From Planctomycetota bacterium (GTDB taxonomy: Bacteria; Planctomycetota; UBA11346): DNA of 64,000 bases. Below, piece by piece: positions 18,329 to 26,263 of this stretch. Position numbers and translations under genes: made by a program. Each line of letters begins with the position of its first letter. Position 1 is the stretch's first letter. The notes beneath the pieces are model-generated. The model was not told the DNA's origin and made no database searches. It saw only the letters and a program-made list of their open reading frames with translations. The stretch spans positions 6,165 through 70,164 of the forward strand of contig JBBREK010000001.1 of assembly GCA_038203025.1 (NCBI GenBank), given 5' to 3'.

Positions 18329-18356
18329 CGACGAGCCGGAGCTCGTCGGTCCCAGG
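18329..18356. repeat. Palindromic element CGACGAGCCGGAGCTCGTCG followed by GTCCCAGG, copy 1 (a bidirectional-terminator hairpin).
   Basis: A perfect 8-bp stem with a 4-nt loop, lying between the convergent stops at 18319 and 18358. A second copy lies at 25572..25599. Confidence 0.45.
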
Positions 18357-18357
18357 T

Positions 18358-18945
18358 TCAATCCAAACCCAGCTTTTCCAGGCCGTCCTCGTCGTAGCCG
18401 AGGTAGTGGCCCAACTCGTGATGCAGGGTCTGGCGGACCTCCTCGTCGAACTGGCGTGCCGAGCCGCAGGAGTGCTCATGGCTGCGCCGCCAGACGTGGA
18501 TGCGCGGGCTGACCAGGCCGTAGAGGCCCTCGCGTTCGCTGCGTTCGGCGCCTTCGAACAGGCCCATCAGTTCAGGGTCGTCGTAGTCCTCGAGCAGGTA
18601 CGGTTCGGCGTAGTCGGCCATCACCAGGGTGACCTCGGCGAGCGCCGACTTCAAGTCGGCTGGCAGAGCCTCGCCGGCATCCCTGACCGAGCGCTGGAAG
18701 CGCGCCCAGGTGACCCGCCACGGCGCGTCGACCGGACGCTGCGCGGCCCGGGTGGCGCGGGCGAAGGCGCGGTCGGCCTCGCGCAGCCGGTCAGCCCGTT
18801 CGAGATTACAGGCCAGGGCGTACCAGGCGTCCCCGTCGTCACCGTCGAGGGCCACGGCGCGGCTGGCGTGCTCGAGGCCCTGGCGGGGCTTGGCCTGGCG
18901 GTAGGCCTTCCAGGCGGCGTCGATGTGATGTTGGTTGGTGGCCAT
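18358..18945 (-). CDS. Minimal zincin-like metallopeptidase-family protein (HExxH).
   Basis: C-terminal HELGHYLGYDEDG motif. The start was set at the ATG (MATNQHHIDAAW), and the upstream part of the ORF-track call is junk. Confidence 0.5.
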   Translation of the reverse strand: MATNQHHIDAAWKAYRQAKPRQGLEHASRAVALDGDDGDAWYALACNLERADRLREADRAFARATRAAQRPVDAPWRVTWARFQRSVRDAGEALPADLKSALAEVTLVMADYAEPYLLEDYDDPELMGLFEGAERSEREGLYGLVSPRIHVWRRSHEHSCGSARQFDEEVRQTLHHELGHYLGYDEDGLEKLGLD

Positions 18946-19010
18946 GGGTCCGCGGTTCCGCGGGACGATCCGCATGCAGACTGCGGTGCAACGATGAGCC
19001 GGGGCCGCGC

Positions 19011-20135
19011 ATGATCTACGCCGACCACAACGCCACCACCCCACCGCTGCCCGCAGTGGTCGAGGCGATGGCGCAGGCGATGCGTGAGGGCTGGGGCAAT
19101 CCCGGTTCGCAGCAGCACGCCTTCGGTCGGCGGTCCCTTGCATTGGTGGACGGTGCGCGGGTCGAAGTCGCCGGCCTGCTGGGCGCCCGTACCGAAGAAC
19201 TGGTCTTCACCAGCGGCGCCACCGAGGCCTGCAATCTCGCCATCCTCGGCCTGGGCGAGCGGCTCTTGGCGTCGCGCCCACGTCTGGTGACCTGCGCCAC
19301 CGAGCATCCCGCTGTGCTTGAGCCGTTGCGACGGCTCGGCGAGGCCGGGGCCGAGGTCGTGGTGCTGCCGGTCGACGACCAGGGCCGCCTTGATCCGGCC
19401 GGGCTCGCGGCGGCGCTCGACGACCGCACGGGCCTGCTCTGTCTGATGCTGGCCAACAACGAGACCGGTGTGCTGCACGACGTCGCCGCGGCAGCGGCCC
19501 AGGCGCGGGCCCGGGGTGTGCTGACGGTGTGCGATGCCACCCAGGCGGTAGGCAAAGTGCCGGTCGAGGTCGCGGGGCTCGGCGTCGACGCCCTGGCCTG
19601 CACCGCGCACAAGCTCTACGGCCCGCAGGGCTGCGGCGCGCTGTGGTTGCGCCGTGGCCTCGGTCTTTCGCCACAGTTGCATGGCGGTGGGCAGGAGCGC
19701 GGTCTGCGCCCCGGCACCCACAACCTACCCGGCTTGGTCGGATTCGCCGCCGCCTGCCGGGCGGCCCGGGACGACGCGGCGGGACGCAGCGCCCACCTCG
19801 CCGCCGTGACCACGGCGCTGGAAGCACGCGTGCGGTCGCTGATCCCTGGTGTGGTGCTGCAGGGCGCCCAGGCGCCGCGCCTGCCCGGCACCAGCATGTT
19901 CACCGTCCCTGGCCTGCCCTCCGGCTGGCTGGCGACGCAGACGGCGGTCGCTGTCAGCGGCGGCTCGACTTGTAGCGGCGGCACCGGTTCGTACGTGCTG
20001 CACGCCATGGGCTGGGCGGCGCGCGAAGCTGGCAACAGCATTCGCGTCGGATTAGGTCTCAGTACCACCATGGCCGACGTCGCGGCCATCGCCGACAGCC
20101 TGGCGCGCGGAGCGGCGGCGCTGGGCGTCCGCTAG
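19011..20135 (+). CDS. Cysteine desulfurase (class-V aminotransferase, NifS/IscS-like).
   Basis: Has FTSGATEACN, ACTAHKLYGPQGCGAL (PLP-Lys) and a C-terminal GGSTCSGG active-site Cys loop. Confidence 0.8.
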   Translation: MIYADHNATTPPLPAVVEAMAQAMREGWGNPGSQQHAFGRRSLALVDGARVEVAGLLGARTEELVFTSGATEACNLAILGLGERLLASRPRLVTCATEHPAVLEPLRRLGEAGAEVVVLPVDDQGRLDPAGLAAALDDRTGLLCLMLANNETGVLHDVAAAAAQARARGVLTVCDATQAVGKVPVEVAGLGVDALACTAHKLYGPQGCGALWLRRGLGLSPQLHGGGQERGLRPGTHNLPGLVGFAAACRAARDDAAGRSAHLAAVTTALEARVRSLIPGVVLQGAQAPRLPGTSMFTVPGLPSGWLATQTAVAVSGGSTCSGGTGSYVLHAMGWAAREAGNSIRVGLGLSTTMADVAAIADSLARGAAALGVR

Positions 20136-20136
20136 C

Positions 20137-21480
20137 TCAGCCGGCGTAGACCATCAGGCGTGCCAGCACCGCCGGGGCCTGGCTGGCGAGGATGCGCAGA
20201 CGCACTGCCTCGGCGCTGATCTGGCCGGTCTGGAGGATGCGCTGGGCACCGATGGTGGTGCCGCGGGCGATCTCGTACCACGCTCCCCACGAACGCGCCT
20301 CGACGGTGAAGGCGGAGACGCGTTGGCCGAAGCGGATGGCCTCCTCGATGCGGATGCCCCCGAGATCGGTGCGGCTGCCCAGTTCGACCACGACCTCGGC
20401 GGTCTCGGTTGGCGCCGCCCACCAGGTGTCGGGATCGCCATCGGTGAGTGACTCCTGGCCGGCGGCGGCGCGGCTGCGCGCCAGGTCGACGGCGGTGAAG
20501 GCCTCGACCAGGCCGTTGAAGCGCGCCAGTTCGACGATGTCAGTGGCGGGGATCAGGCCGCGGCGATCCGGCGTCAGGTTGAGGTTCATGCTGGCGCCAC
20601 GTCCGACGCTAGCCAGCCAGACGTCAAAGAGATTGTCGCCGCTGCGGGCGCGCTCGTGCTGGTGCCAGAACCAGCCCGGTCGGAGGCTGACGTCAACCTC
20701 GCTCGGACGCCAGACGCTGCCGTCGGCGTCGCCTTCGACCAGGCGCTGTTGCGAGTCGACTTTGCCGGGGGCGAAGCCCTCGGGCCGTACTTTGGCCCAG
20801 CAGGTGGCGCTGGTGAAGCCACCTTCGTTGCCGCACCAGCGCAGGTCGGGGCCGGCATCGCTGAACAGGCAGGCCTCCGGCTGCAGTTGCCGGCACATGG
20901 CCCACAGTTCGTCGAAGCGGTAGTAGGTGCGGTTGTCGATGGCGCGCTTCTCCCGGGCGCCGCCGTAATAGCCGTCGCCGCCGTTGGCCCCATCGAACCA
21001 CAGCTCGCACAACGGGCCGTAGTTCGACAGCAGTTCGCGCCACTGGGCATGGAAGACGTCGGTGTAGGCCGGCGTGCCGTAGGCGGCGTGGTTGCGGTCC
21101 CACGGCGAGCAGTACAGCCCGCAGGCGATGCCGCCGGCGCGGCAGGCGTCGACGAATTCGCGCACCACGTCGCCCGAGCCGCCACGGAACGGCGAGCGGC
21201 TGATGTTGTGTGGTGAGGTCGCGGTCGGCCACAGGCAGAAGCCATCATGGTGCTTGGCGGTGAGAATCAGGCCGGTGAGGCCACCGGCCTTCGCCGCCGC
21301 CACCCACTGGGCGCAGTCGAGGGCCTCGGGGGCGAACACGCTTTCGGCCTCGTCGCCGTAGCCCCACTCGCGGTCGGTGAAGGTGTTGACCGTGAAGTGC
21401 ACGAAACCGTAGCGCTCGCGGCGGTGCCAGGCGAGCTGGCGCGGGCTGGGGACGGGGCCGTGCGGGACTGGGAGCGGCAT
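20137..21480 (-). CDS. Alpha-L-fucosidase (GH29).
   Basis: GH29 hallmarks are present (HHDGFCLWPT, LWFDGANGG, W-rich). The start was set at the ATG (MPLPVPHGP) that abuts the divergent AT-richer promoter. Confidence 0.75.
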   Translation of the reverse strand: MPLPVPHGPVPSPRQLAWHRRERYGFVHFTVNTFTDREWGYGDEAESVFAPEALDCAQWVAAAKAGGLTGLILTAKHHDGFCLWPTATSPHNISRSPFRGGSGDVVREFVDACRAGGIACGLYCSPWDRNHAAYGTPAYTDVFHAQWRELLSNYGPLCELWFDGANGGDGYYGGAREKRAIDNRTYYRFDELWAMCRQLQPEACLFSDAGPDLRWCGNEGGFTSATCWAKVRPEGFAPGKVDSQQRLVEGDADGSVWRPSEVDVSLRPGWFWHQHERARSGDNLFDVWLASVGRGASMNLNLTPDRRGLIPATDIVELARFNGLVEAFTAVDLARSRAAAGQESLTDGDPDTWWAAPTETAEVVVELGSRTDLGGIRIEEAIRFGQRVSAFTVEARSWGAWYEIARGTTIGAQRILQTGQISAEAVRLRILASQAPAVLARLMVYAG

Positions 21481-21531
21481 GGTGATTCCTCTCAGGATAC
21501 TCAATGATAAGCCTAGAGGCATTGGAATACC

Positions 21532-22392
21532 ATGTCGATTATGATCCATGATGTGTCGTTTCCACTCCAGGGTCACGACGCCGCAGCCCCGGTCCGCGAC
21601 CGGCTGCCGCTGCGACTGATCGAGTTGTCGGGTTGCGCCATCGACTCCCGCTGGGGCGGCGACGACATGACGGCGCCGACCTGGCGGCTCTACTTCGATC
21701 TCGATGATGGGGCCGAGGCCTGGGTGCACGGACGCTGCACCGCGCTGCGTGCCGGCCACCTCTACCTCGTGCCGGCCTGGCTACGCTGGTCTGGACGCTG
21801 CCGGCGGCCGGTCCGTCACTTCAATGCCATGTTCGATCTGCCGGCCCTGCCGCGCGAACGCGTGATGGCGCTGTGTCGGGAGGTCGTGCCGCTGGCCGCG
21901 CCGGGCGATGCCCTGGCTGGCGCCTGGATGGACTGTGCCGTCGCCCAGGCCTCCGTGGCGCAGGCCGGTGCCACGCACATAGCCAACGGCCACGCCGTCG
22001 TCTGGGCTGCGCTGGCCAGGCTGTTCGTCATCCTGGGCGTTGAGACCGACGCTCTGGTGCCGGCCGATCGGCATCACGACTTCGAACGCCTGCGCCACTG
22101 GGTCGAGCAGCGTCTCGACCAGCGTCTGCCACGATCCGCGCTGGCCCGTGCCGCCGGAGTCAGCGAGGCCGAACTGGCCCGTCGTTGCGCCGTGGCACTT
22201 GGCACGTCGCCGGCCCGCTGGCTACGCGACCTGCGTGTGGCGCGGGCGGCCGAGCTGCTGCGCGCCAGCGACGTGCCGATCGAGACGGTGGCGGAGCACT
22301 GCGGCCTGGGCGACCGCAGCCGGTTCAGCAAGGTGTTCGCCCGGGTGGTCGGCTGCGGCCCCGCAGGCTTCCGGCGGCGATTCCGGGGCTAG
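21532..22392 (+). CDS. AraC-family transcriptional regulator, divergent from the fucosidase.
   Basis: C-terminal double helix-turn-helix (LARAAGVSEAELARRCAVALGTSPARWLRDLRVARAAELL...FSKVFARVVGCGPAGFRR). Confidence 0.7.
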   Translation: MSIMIHDVSFPLQGHDAAAPVRDRLPLRLIELSGCAIDSRWGGDDMTAPTWRLYFDLDDGAEAWVHGRCTALRAGHLYLVPAWLRWSGRCRRPVRHFNAMFDLPALPRERVMALCREVVPLAAPGDALAGAWMDCAVAQASVAQAGATHIANGHAVVWAALARLFVILGVETDALVPADRHHDFERLRHWVEQRLDQRLPRSALARAAGVSEAELARRCAVALGTSPARWLRDLRVARAAELLRASDVPIETVAEHCGLGDRSRFSKVFARVVGCGPAGFRRRFRG

Positions 22393-22403
22393 ACTGCGGT
22401 CAG

Positions 22404-23216
22404 ATGCCGCTTCCTCCGAGCACCACGACGCTGGTTCGGCCGCCTGGCGAGGCGGCTCCGGCCAGCTTCCTTGCCATCAGCCGGGTCGAGGCGGCGCAGG
22501 CCGGCGGCTGGGACCGGCATCGCCATGCCGAACACGAGGCCATCATCGCCGTCTCCGGCACCTACCACGGCACCGTGAATGGCAGCGCGGTGATGCTCGC
22601 CCCTGGCGAGGTCCTGGTGGTGAAGCCGGGCGACTGGCACGAGGACAAGCTGCGGCCGGGCACCGTCTACTTCGCCTTGTGGTTCCGACTGCCGGGCGGC
22701 CTGTTCGCCGACGGCGTGGCGGCTGAGCAGCAGGTTTCCCGGCCACCTGGCGAAACGTTGCTCACCGCCGCTCGGCAGCTGCAGGGTTTGATCGGATCGG
22801 GCGCCACCCCGGCGCGGCTGGACGCAAGTCTGTCGGCGCTGATCGGCCAGCTGGTCGACGGCCTGCCCAGCGAGGCCCGTGCCCCGGCGTTCTCCATCGA
22901 TGCCAGCTTCGCCGCCCGGTTGCACACCGTATTCGCTCGACTGCCCGCCGGCAGGCTCTCGACAGCGGCGTTAGCCCAGGCCGCCGGACTCAGCCGCCGG
23001 ACCTTCGAGCGCTGTTGCCGTGACGAACTCGGCTGCGGTCCGGCCGAGGCCTACGCCCGTTGGCGGCTGCGCCGCGCCGGCGAACTGCTGCGTACCACCG
23101 ACTGGCCGGTGCGCGCAGTCAGCGACATCATGGGCTTTGCCAACCCGTTCCACTTCAGCCGCGCCTTCACCCGCCTGCACGGCGCTCCGCCGGCCACCTG
23201 GCGCACGCGGCCTTGA
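22404..23216 (+). CDS. Second AraC-family regulator, tandem to the first.
   Basis: Cupin-like N-terminus, and a C-terminal helix-turn-helix (LAQAAGLSRRTFERCCRDELGCGPAEAYARWRLRRAGELL...FSRAFTRLHGAPPATWR). Confidence 0.7.
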   Translation: MPLPPSTTTLVRPPGEAAPASFLAISRVEAAQAGGWDRHRHAEHEAIIAVSGTYHGTVNGSAVMLAPGEVLVVKPGDWHEDKLRPGTVYFALWFRLPGGLFADGVAAEQQVSRPPGETLLTAARQLQGLIGSGATPARLDASLSALIGQLVDGLPSEARAPAFSIDASFAARLHTVFARLPAGRLSTAALAQAAGLSRRTFERCCRDELGCGPAEAYARWRLRRAGELLRTTDWPVRAVSDIMGFANPFHFSRAFTRLHGAPPATWRTRP

Positions 23217-23864
23217 TCAGGCCAACAGGCCCTTGGTGGACGGCACGCCGGTACCGCTGACGCGGATGGCCTGGCGCAGGGCGCGGGCGAAGGCCTTGAA
23301 GCCCGCCTCGATGATGTGGTGGCTGTTGCGGCCGGCGCGCTGGTGCAGGTGCACGGTGATGCAGGCCTGGTCGGCGAGGGCGCCGAAGAATTCCGGGACC
23401 AGCTCGGTGGCGAGGCCGCCGACTGACGCCGCTGGCGGGGCCAGTTCGTAGGTCAGCCAGCCGCGGCCGCTGATGTCTACGGTCGCCTCGACCAGTGCCT
23501 CGTCGAGCGGGCAGGCAATGTGGCCGAAGCGCTCGATGCCGGACTTGTCGCCGACGGCCTGACGCAGGCACTGGCCGAGCACGATACCGCAGTCCTCGGT
23601 GGTGTGGTGGCCATCGATGTGCAGATCGCCCTTGCACGACAGCCGCATGGTGGTGCCGCTGTGCTTGGCCAGTGCCTCAAGCATGTGGTCGAGGAATCCG
23701 ATGCCGGTGGCGATCTCGCTGGCGCTGCTGCTGCTGCTGCTGCTGCTGCCGCTGCCGCTGCCGCTGCCGCTGCCGCTGCCGCTGCCGCTGCCGCTGTCGA
23801 GATCCCAGGTGGCGGTGATGTCGGTCTCGCGCGTCTTGCGCGTCACGGTCGCGGTGCGGGGCAT
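23217..23864 (-). CDS. hisB: Imidazoleglycerol-phosphate dehydratase carrying a simple-sequence-repeat-encoded (SG)8S8 loop insertion.
   Basis: Has the GIGFLDHML and KGDLHIDGHHTTED...NSHHIIEAGFKAFARALRQA motifs of the dehydratase. The insertion DSGSGSGSGSGSGSGSGSSSSSSSS lies in a loop that is 5-8 residues long in E. coli HisB. Confidence 0.85.
   Translation of the reverse strand: MPRTATVTRKTRETDITATWDLDSGSGSGSGSGSGSGSGSSSSSSSSASEIATGIGFLDHMLEALAKHSGTTMRLSCKGDLHIDGHHTTEDCGIVLGQCLRQAVGDKSGIERFGHIACPLDEALVEATVDISGRGWLTYELAPPAASVGGLATELVPEFFGALADQACITVHLHQRAGRNSHHIIEAGFKAFARALRQAIRVSGTGVPSTKGLLA
23725..23796. repeat. In-frame microsatellite (CTG)8(CCGCTG)8, which is (AGC)8(AGCGGC)8 on the coding strand, inside hisB.
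   Basis: Read directly from the sequence. Confidence 0.9.
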
Positions 23865-24045
23865 GGCCGCAGGATAGCGCTGGCCTTTGCAGAGGCCACT
23901 ACCCGGGAATCAAGAGCCGCGCAGCGGCGACGGCCGCGCAGCGGCGGTGGGTGGATAACCTGGGCGCAGCCCCTCCGCCCACGATCTTGGAGCCTGCGAC
24001 AAGATCGAGCCGGGACAAAGGCCGCGGGGGCAGGGCCCCCGAGCA

Positions 24046-25392
24046 TCAGCCTTCGAGGTAGTAGTCGCCAGTGACGGCTGGGACGCGGCCGTCCCAGCGC
24101 GCCAGGAACTGCGCCTGGGTGGCGGCAAACAGGGGCGAGATCTCGATGCGGGCGGCGGCGGGCAGCTCGACGCGCACCCCGGCGGTGCGCAGCCAGCCGG
24201 CGTACTGCGCGCTGGCGATGGCGATGGCGGTGGCCGAGCTGTCGTCGCCCTCCTTGTTCTTCACCGGTGCGAACTCGTCGCCACGGCCAATGACCAGGCC
24301 GAGCGAGGTCGCGGCCTCGGGTACCAGGTCGAAGATGAAGCGTTCGTTCTTCCAGCCGACGGTCTCGGCTGGCCAGGCCTTAAGCGGCTTCTTTGAGCGG
24401 TGCAGCGGCAGCTTGAAGCCCTTCTTGGCCAAGCGGTCGAGGAAGCCGACCGACCAGCAGTGCATCGCCGGTGAACCCCAGCGATAGATGATCTCGCCGT
24501 CGGCGTGGCGCAGGCGGGTCTGCTCGGGCGTTAGTTCAGTGTACTCGACGATGCGGTCGCGGCCGTCGACCTTGACCAGATGGCCGAGCTTCTCGTCGGG
24601 GTGCGCCTTCTCCAGGACCTTGCTGATCACGTCGGCGTCTTCGCTCTCGGCCAGACCGACCAGCACCGGGTCATCGACCGGGGCGAGGATGTTGTCGACC
24701 TGGATGTAGACGATCTGGCGCACGCCCTCGGCGGACAGGCGCGCCAGATTGCCGCTGTCGACCAGCGCGGTGTGGCAGCCGCCGTGGCCGTCGGGGTTCT
24801 CCAGCAGCCGGCCGGGGGCGGCGAGCAGGGCCCCGCCGTCGAGCGCGATCGAGGGCACGGTGCCCTGGCTGAAGAAGCGAGCCTGGCCATCGGCCAGGCC
24901 GAAGTCGCTGTGTGCGGCGAAGAACTGCCGCGTCTCGGCGTCGGTGGTCGGGCTGGTCATGACCAGGAACGGCACGGTGCGACCGATGCGTCGCGACAGC
25001 GACAGCACCTTCTCGGCCTGCAGTTGGTAGATGCTCTTGCCGCTGTGCGGCGCGATGGTGAAGCAGCCCTTGGGCGCGGTCGAACCAAGGCGCGTGCCCT
25101 GGCCGCCGGCGACCATGAGCACGGCGATGGCCCCGGCGCGGTAGGCGGCCTCGCCGCGGGTCGCCAGCTCGGTACTGCGCTGGTCGCGTTCGGCCTGGTC
25201 GAGGACGCGGCTCTTGGCTACGGCGTTAGCCGCTGGCGGTTCGCTGGGATGCTGCAGCTCGGCCCAATCGATGGCGGCGAGGCGCGCGCAGAAGGCGGCG
25301 CGGACGTCGGCGTCGAGGGTCTTGGCGTGCTCGAGGAGGTGGCCCTGGCCATGGCTGGCGAGGGTATCGGCGAGGGCGAAGGCGTCGGGCAT
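24046..25392 (-). CDS. UDP-sugar pyrophosphorylase of the eukaryote-type UDPGP family (UDP-GlcNAc or UDP-Glc pyrophosphorylase-like).
   Basis: UDPGP signature LMVAGGQGTRLG. The start was set at the ATG (MPDAFALADTL). Confidence 0.7.
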   Translation of the reverse strand: MPDAFALADTLASHGQGHLLEHAKTLDADVRAAFCARLAAIDWAELQHPSEPPAANAVAKSRVLDQAERDQRSTELATRGEAAYRAGAIAVLMVAGGQGTRLGSTAPKGCFTIAPHSGKSIYQLQAEKVLSLSRRIGRTVPFLVMTSPTTDAETRQFFAAHSDFGLADGQARFFSQGTVPSIALDGGALLAAPGRLLENPDGHGGCHTALVDSGNLARLSAEGVRQIVYIQVDNILAPVDDPVLVGLAESEDADVISKVLEKAHPDEKLGHLVKVDGRDRIVEYTELTPEQTRLRHADGEIIYRWGSPAMHCWSVGFLDRLAKKGFKLPLHRSKKPLKAWPAETVGWKNERFIFDLVPEAATSLGLVIGRGDEFAPVKNKEGDDSSATAIAIASAQYAGWLRTAGVRVELPAAARIEISPLFAATQAQFLARWDGRVPAVTGDYYLEG

Positions 25393-25532
25393 AGGCGGGA
25401 TGGTGATAGGAAAGACGGGGATGCCAGTGGGGGCCTGAGAGCGACGAGCGGGGTCGGGGCGGCCCCCGATCTGATGCGGGGCTAACAAAAGCGCCTCGGT
25501 TCCTGCAACGGCTTACGAGCTGTTAGAGGGCG

Positions 25533-25599
25533 GCTCCAGCTCGTCGCAGGGGCAATGACGGCATTGCACCGCCGACGAGCTGGAGCTCATCGGTCCCAG
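25533..25599. repeat. Long hairpin GCTCCAGCTCGTCG-(25 nt)-CGACGAGCTGGAGC followed by TCATCGGTCCCAGG. This is copy 2 of the CGACGAGC..GGTCCCAGG element.
   Basis: A 14-bp inverted repeat read directly. It shares 26 of 28 bp with 18329..18356. Confidence 0.45.
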
Positions 25600-25607
25600 G
25601 AACGAAA

Positions 25608-25632
25608 GCACCCCCGGCCAAAGGCCGGGGGT
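25608..25632 (-). terminator. Rho-independent terminator of the HU gene (CACCCCCGGCC-TTT-GGCCGGGGGTG, then a CTTTCGTTC run).
   Basis: A perfect 11-bp GC stem 40 nt downstream of the stop, followed by a T-rich tract on the minus strand. Confidence 0.55.
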
Positions 25633-25670
25633 GGCGTTCGAAAAGCGACTGTCGCCGTGAGGCGATCAGT

Positions 25671-26039
25671 TCACTTCTTGAACTTCTCCTTGGCTTCCTT
25701 GGCAAAGCGGAAGACGAGCTTGGCGCTCTTCGGCTTGGCCTTGACCTGAATCTCCTTGCCGAAGGAGACGATGGTGCGGGCGGGCTTGGCGGGGATCTCG
25801 CGCAGGACGACCTTGCCGAGGCCGGGGATCTTGGCGCCGACCGGGGCGTAGGCGAAGAGCACGTCAACCAGGCTCTCGACGATGCAGGCGGCCTGCTTCT
25901 TCGAGATCTCGGGCAGGCCGGCGGAGGCGACGGCGCACGCGAGGTGGGTGTTGAGCTTGCTGGCGGTGTAGCCGCGCTCGCCCTTCTTGGGGCCCTTGCT
26001 GAGGTCGACGAGGGGCTTCTTGGACTTGGCCTTGGCCAT
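25671..26039 (-). CDS. HU/IHF-family DNA-binding protein with Lys-rich N- and C-terminal tails (histone-like).
   Basis: Core ASKLNTHLA...KQAACIVESLVDVL...GKVVLREIPAKPARTIVSFGKEIQVKAKP matches the HU fold pattern. The tails are MAKAKSKKP.. and ..KEAKEKFKK. Confidence 0.6.
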   Translation of the reverse strand: MAKAKSKKPLVDLSKGPKKGERGYTASKLNTHLACAVASAGLPEISKKQAACIVESLVDVLFAYAPVGAKIPGLGKVVLREIPAKPARTIVSFGKEIQVKAKPKSAKLVFRFAKEAKEKFKK

Positions 26040-26263
26040 GTGATTTCTCCCAAAGGGGGAAAGGGTTATGGCACGTCTCTGTATGTGGCATCACAGGGTT
26101 GTCCACAGGAATCCGCAATCGAGGTCGATGGGAGCACGGAAAAAACCGGGCTTGCCGAACAGGCGGGGGCGGGAGAAGCGGAAAATGCAGGCGTGTGGCG
26201 ACCGCCGCCGCCGGCCTCGTCTCCGCTCTTCCGTGTTGCGGGACCTCCATATCCTCACGCGTC

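Noticed and set aside
18340-18362. The motif GGTTCAATCC, which resembles a tRNA T-loop.
   Set aside because: No acceptor, D or anticodon stems can be formed around it. It is part of the GGTCCCAGG tail of the palindromic repeat.
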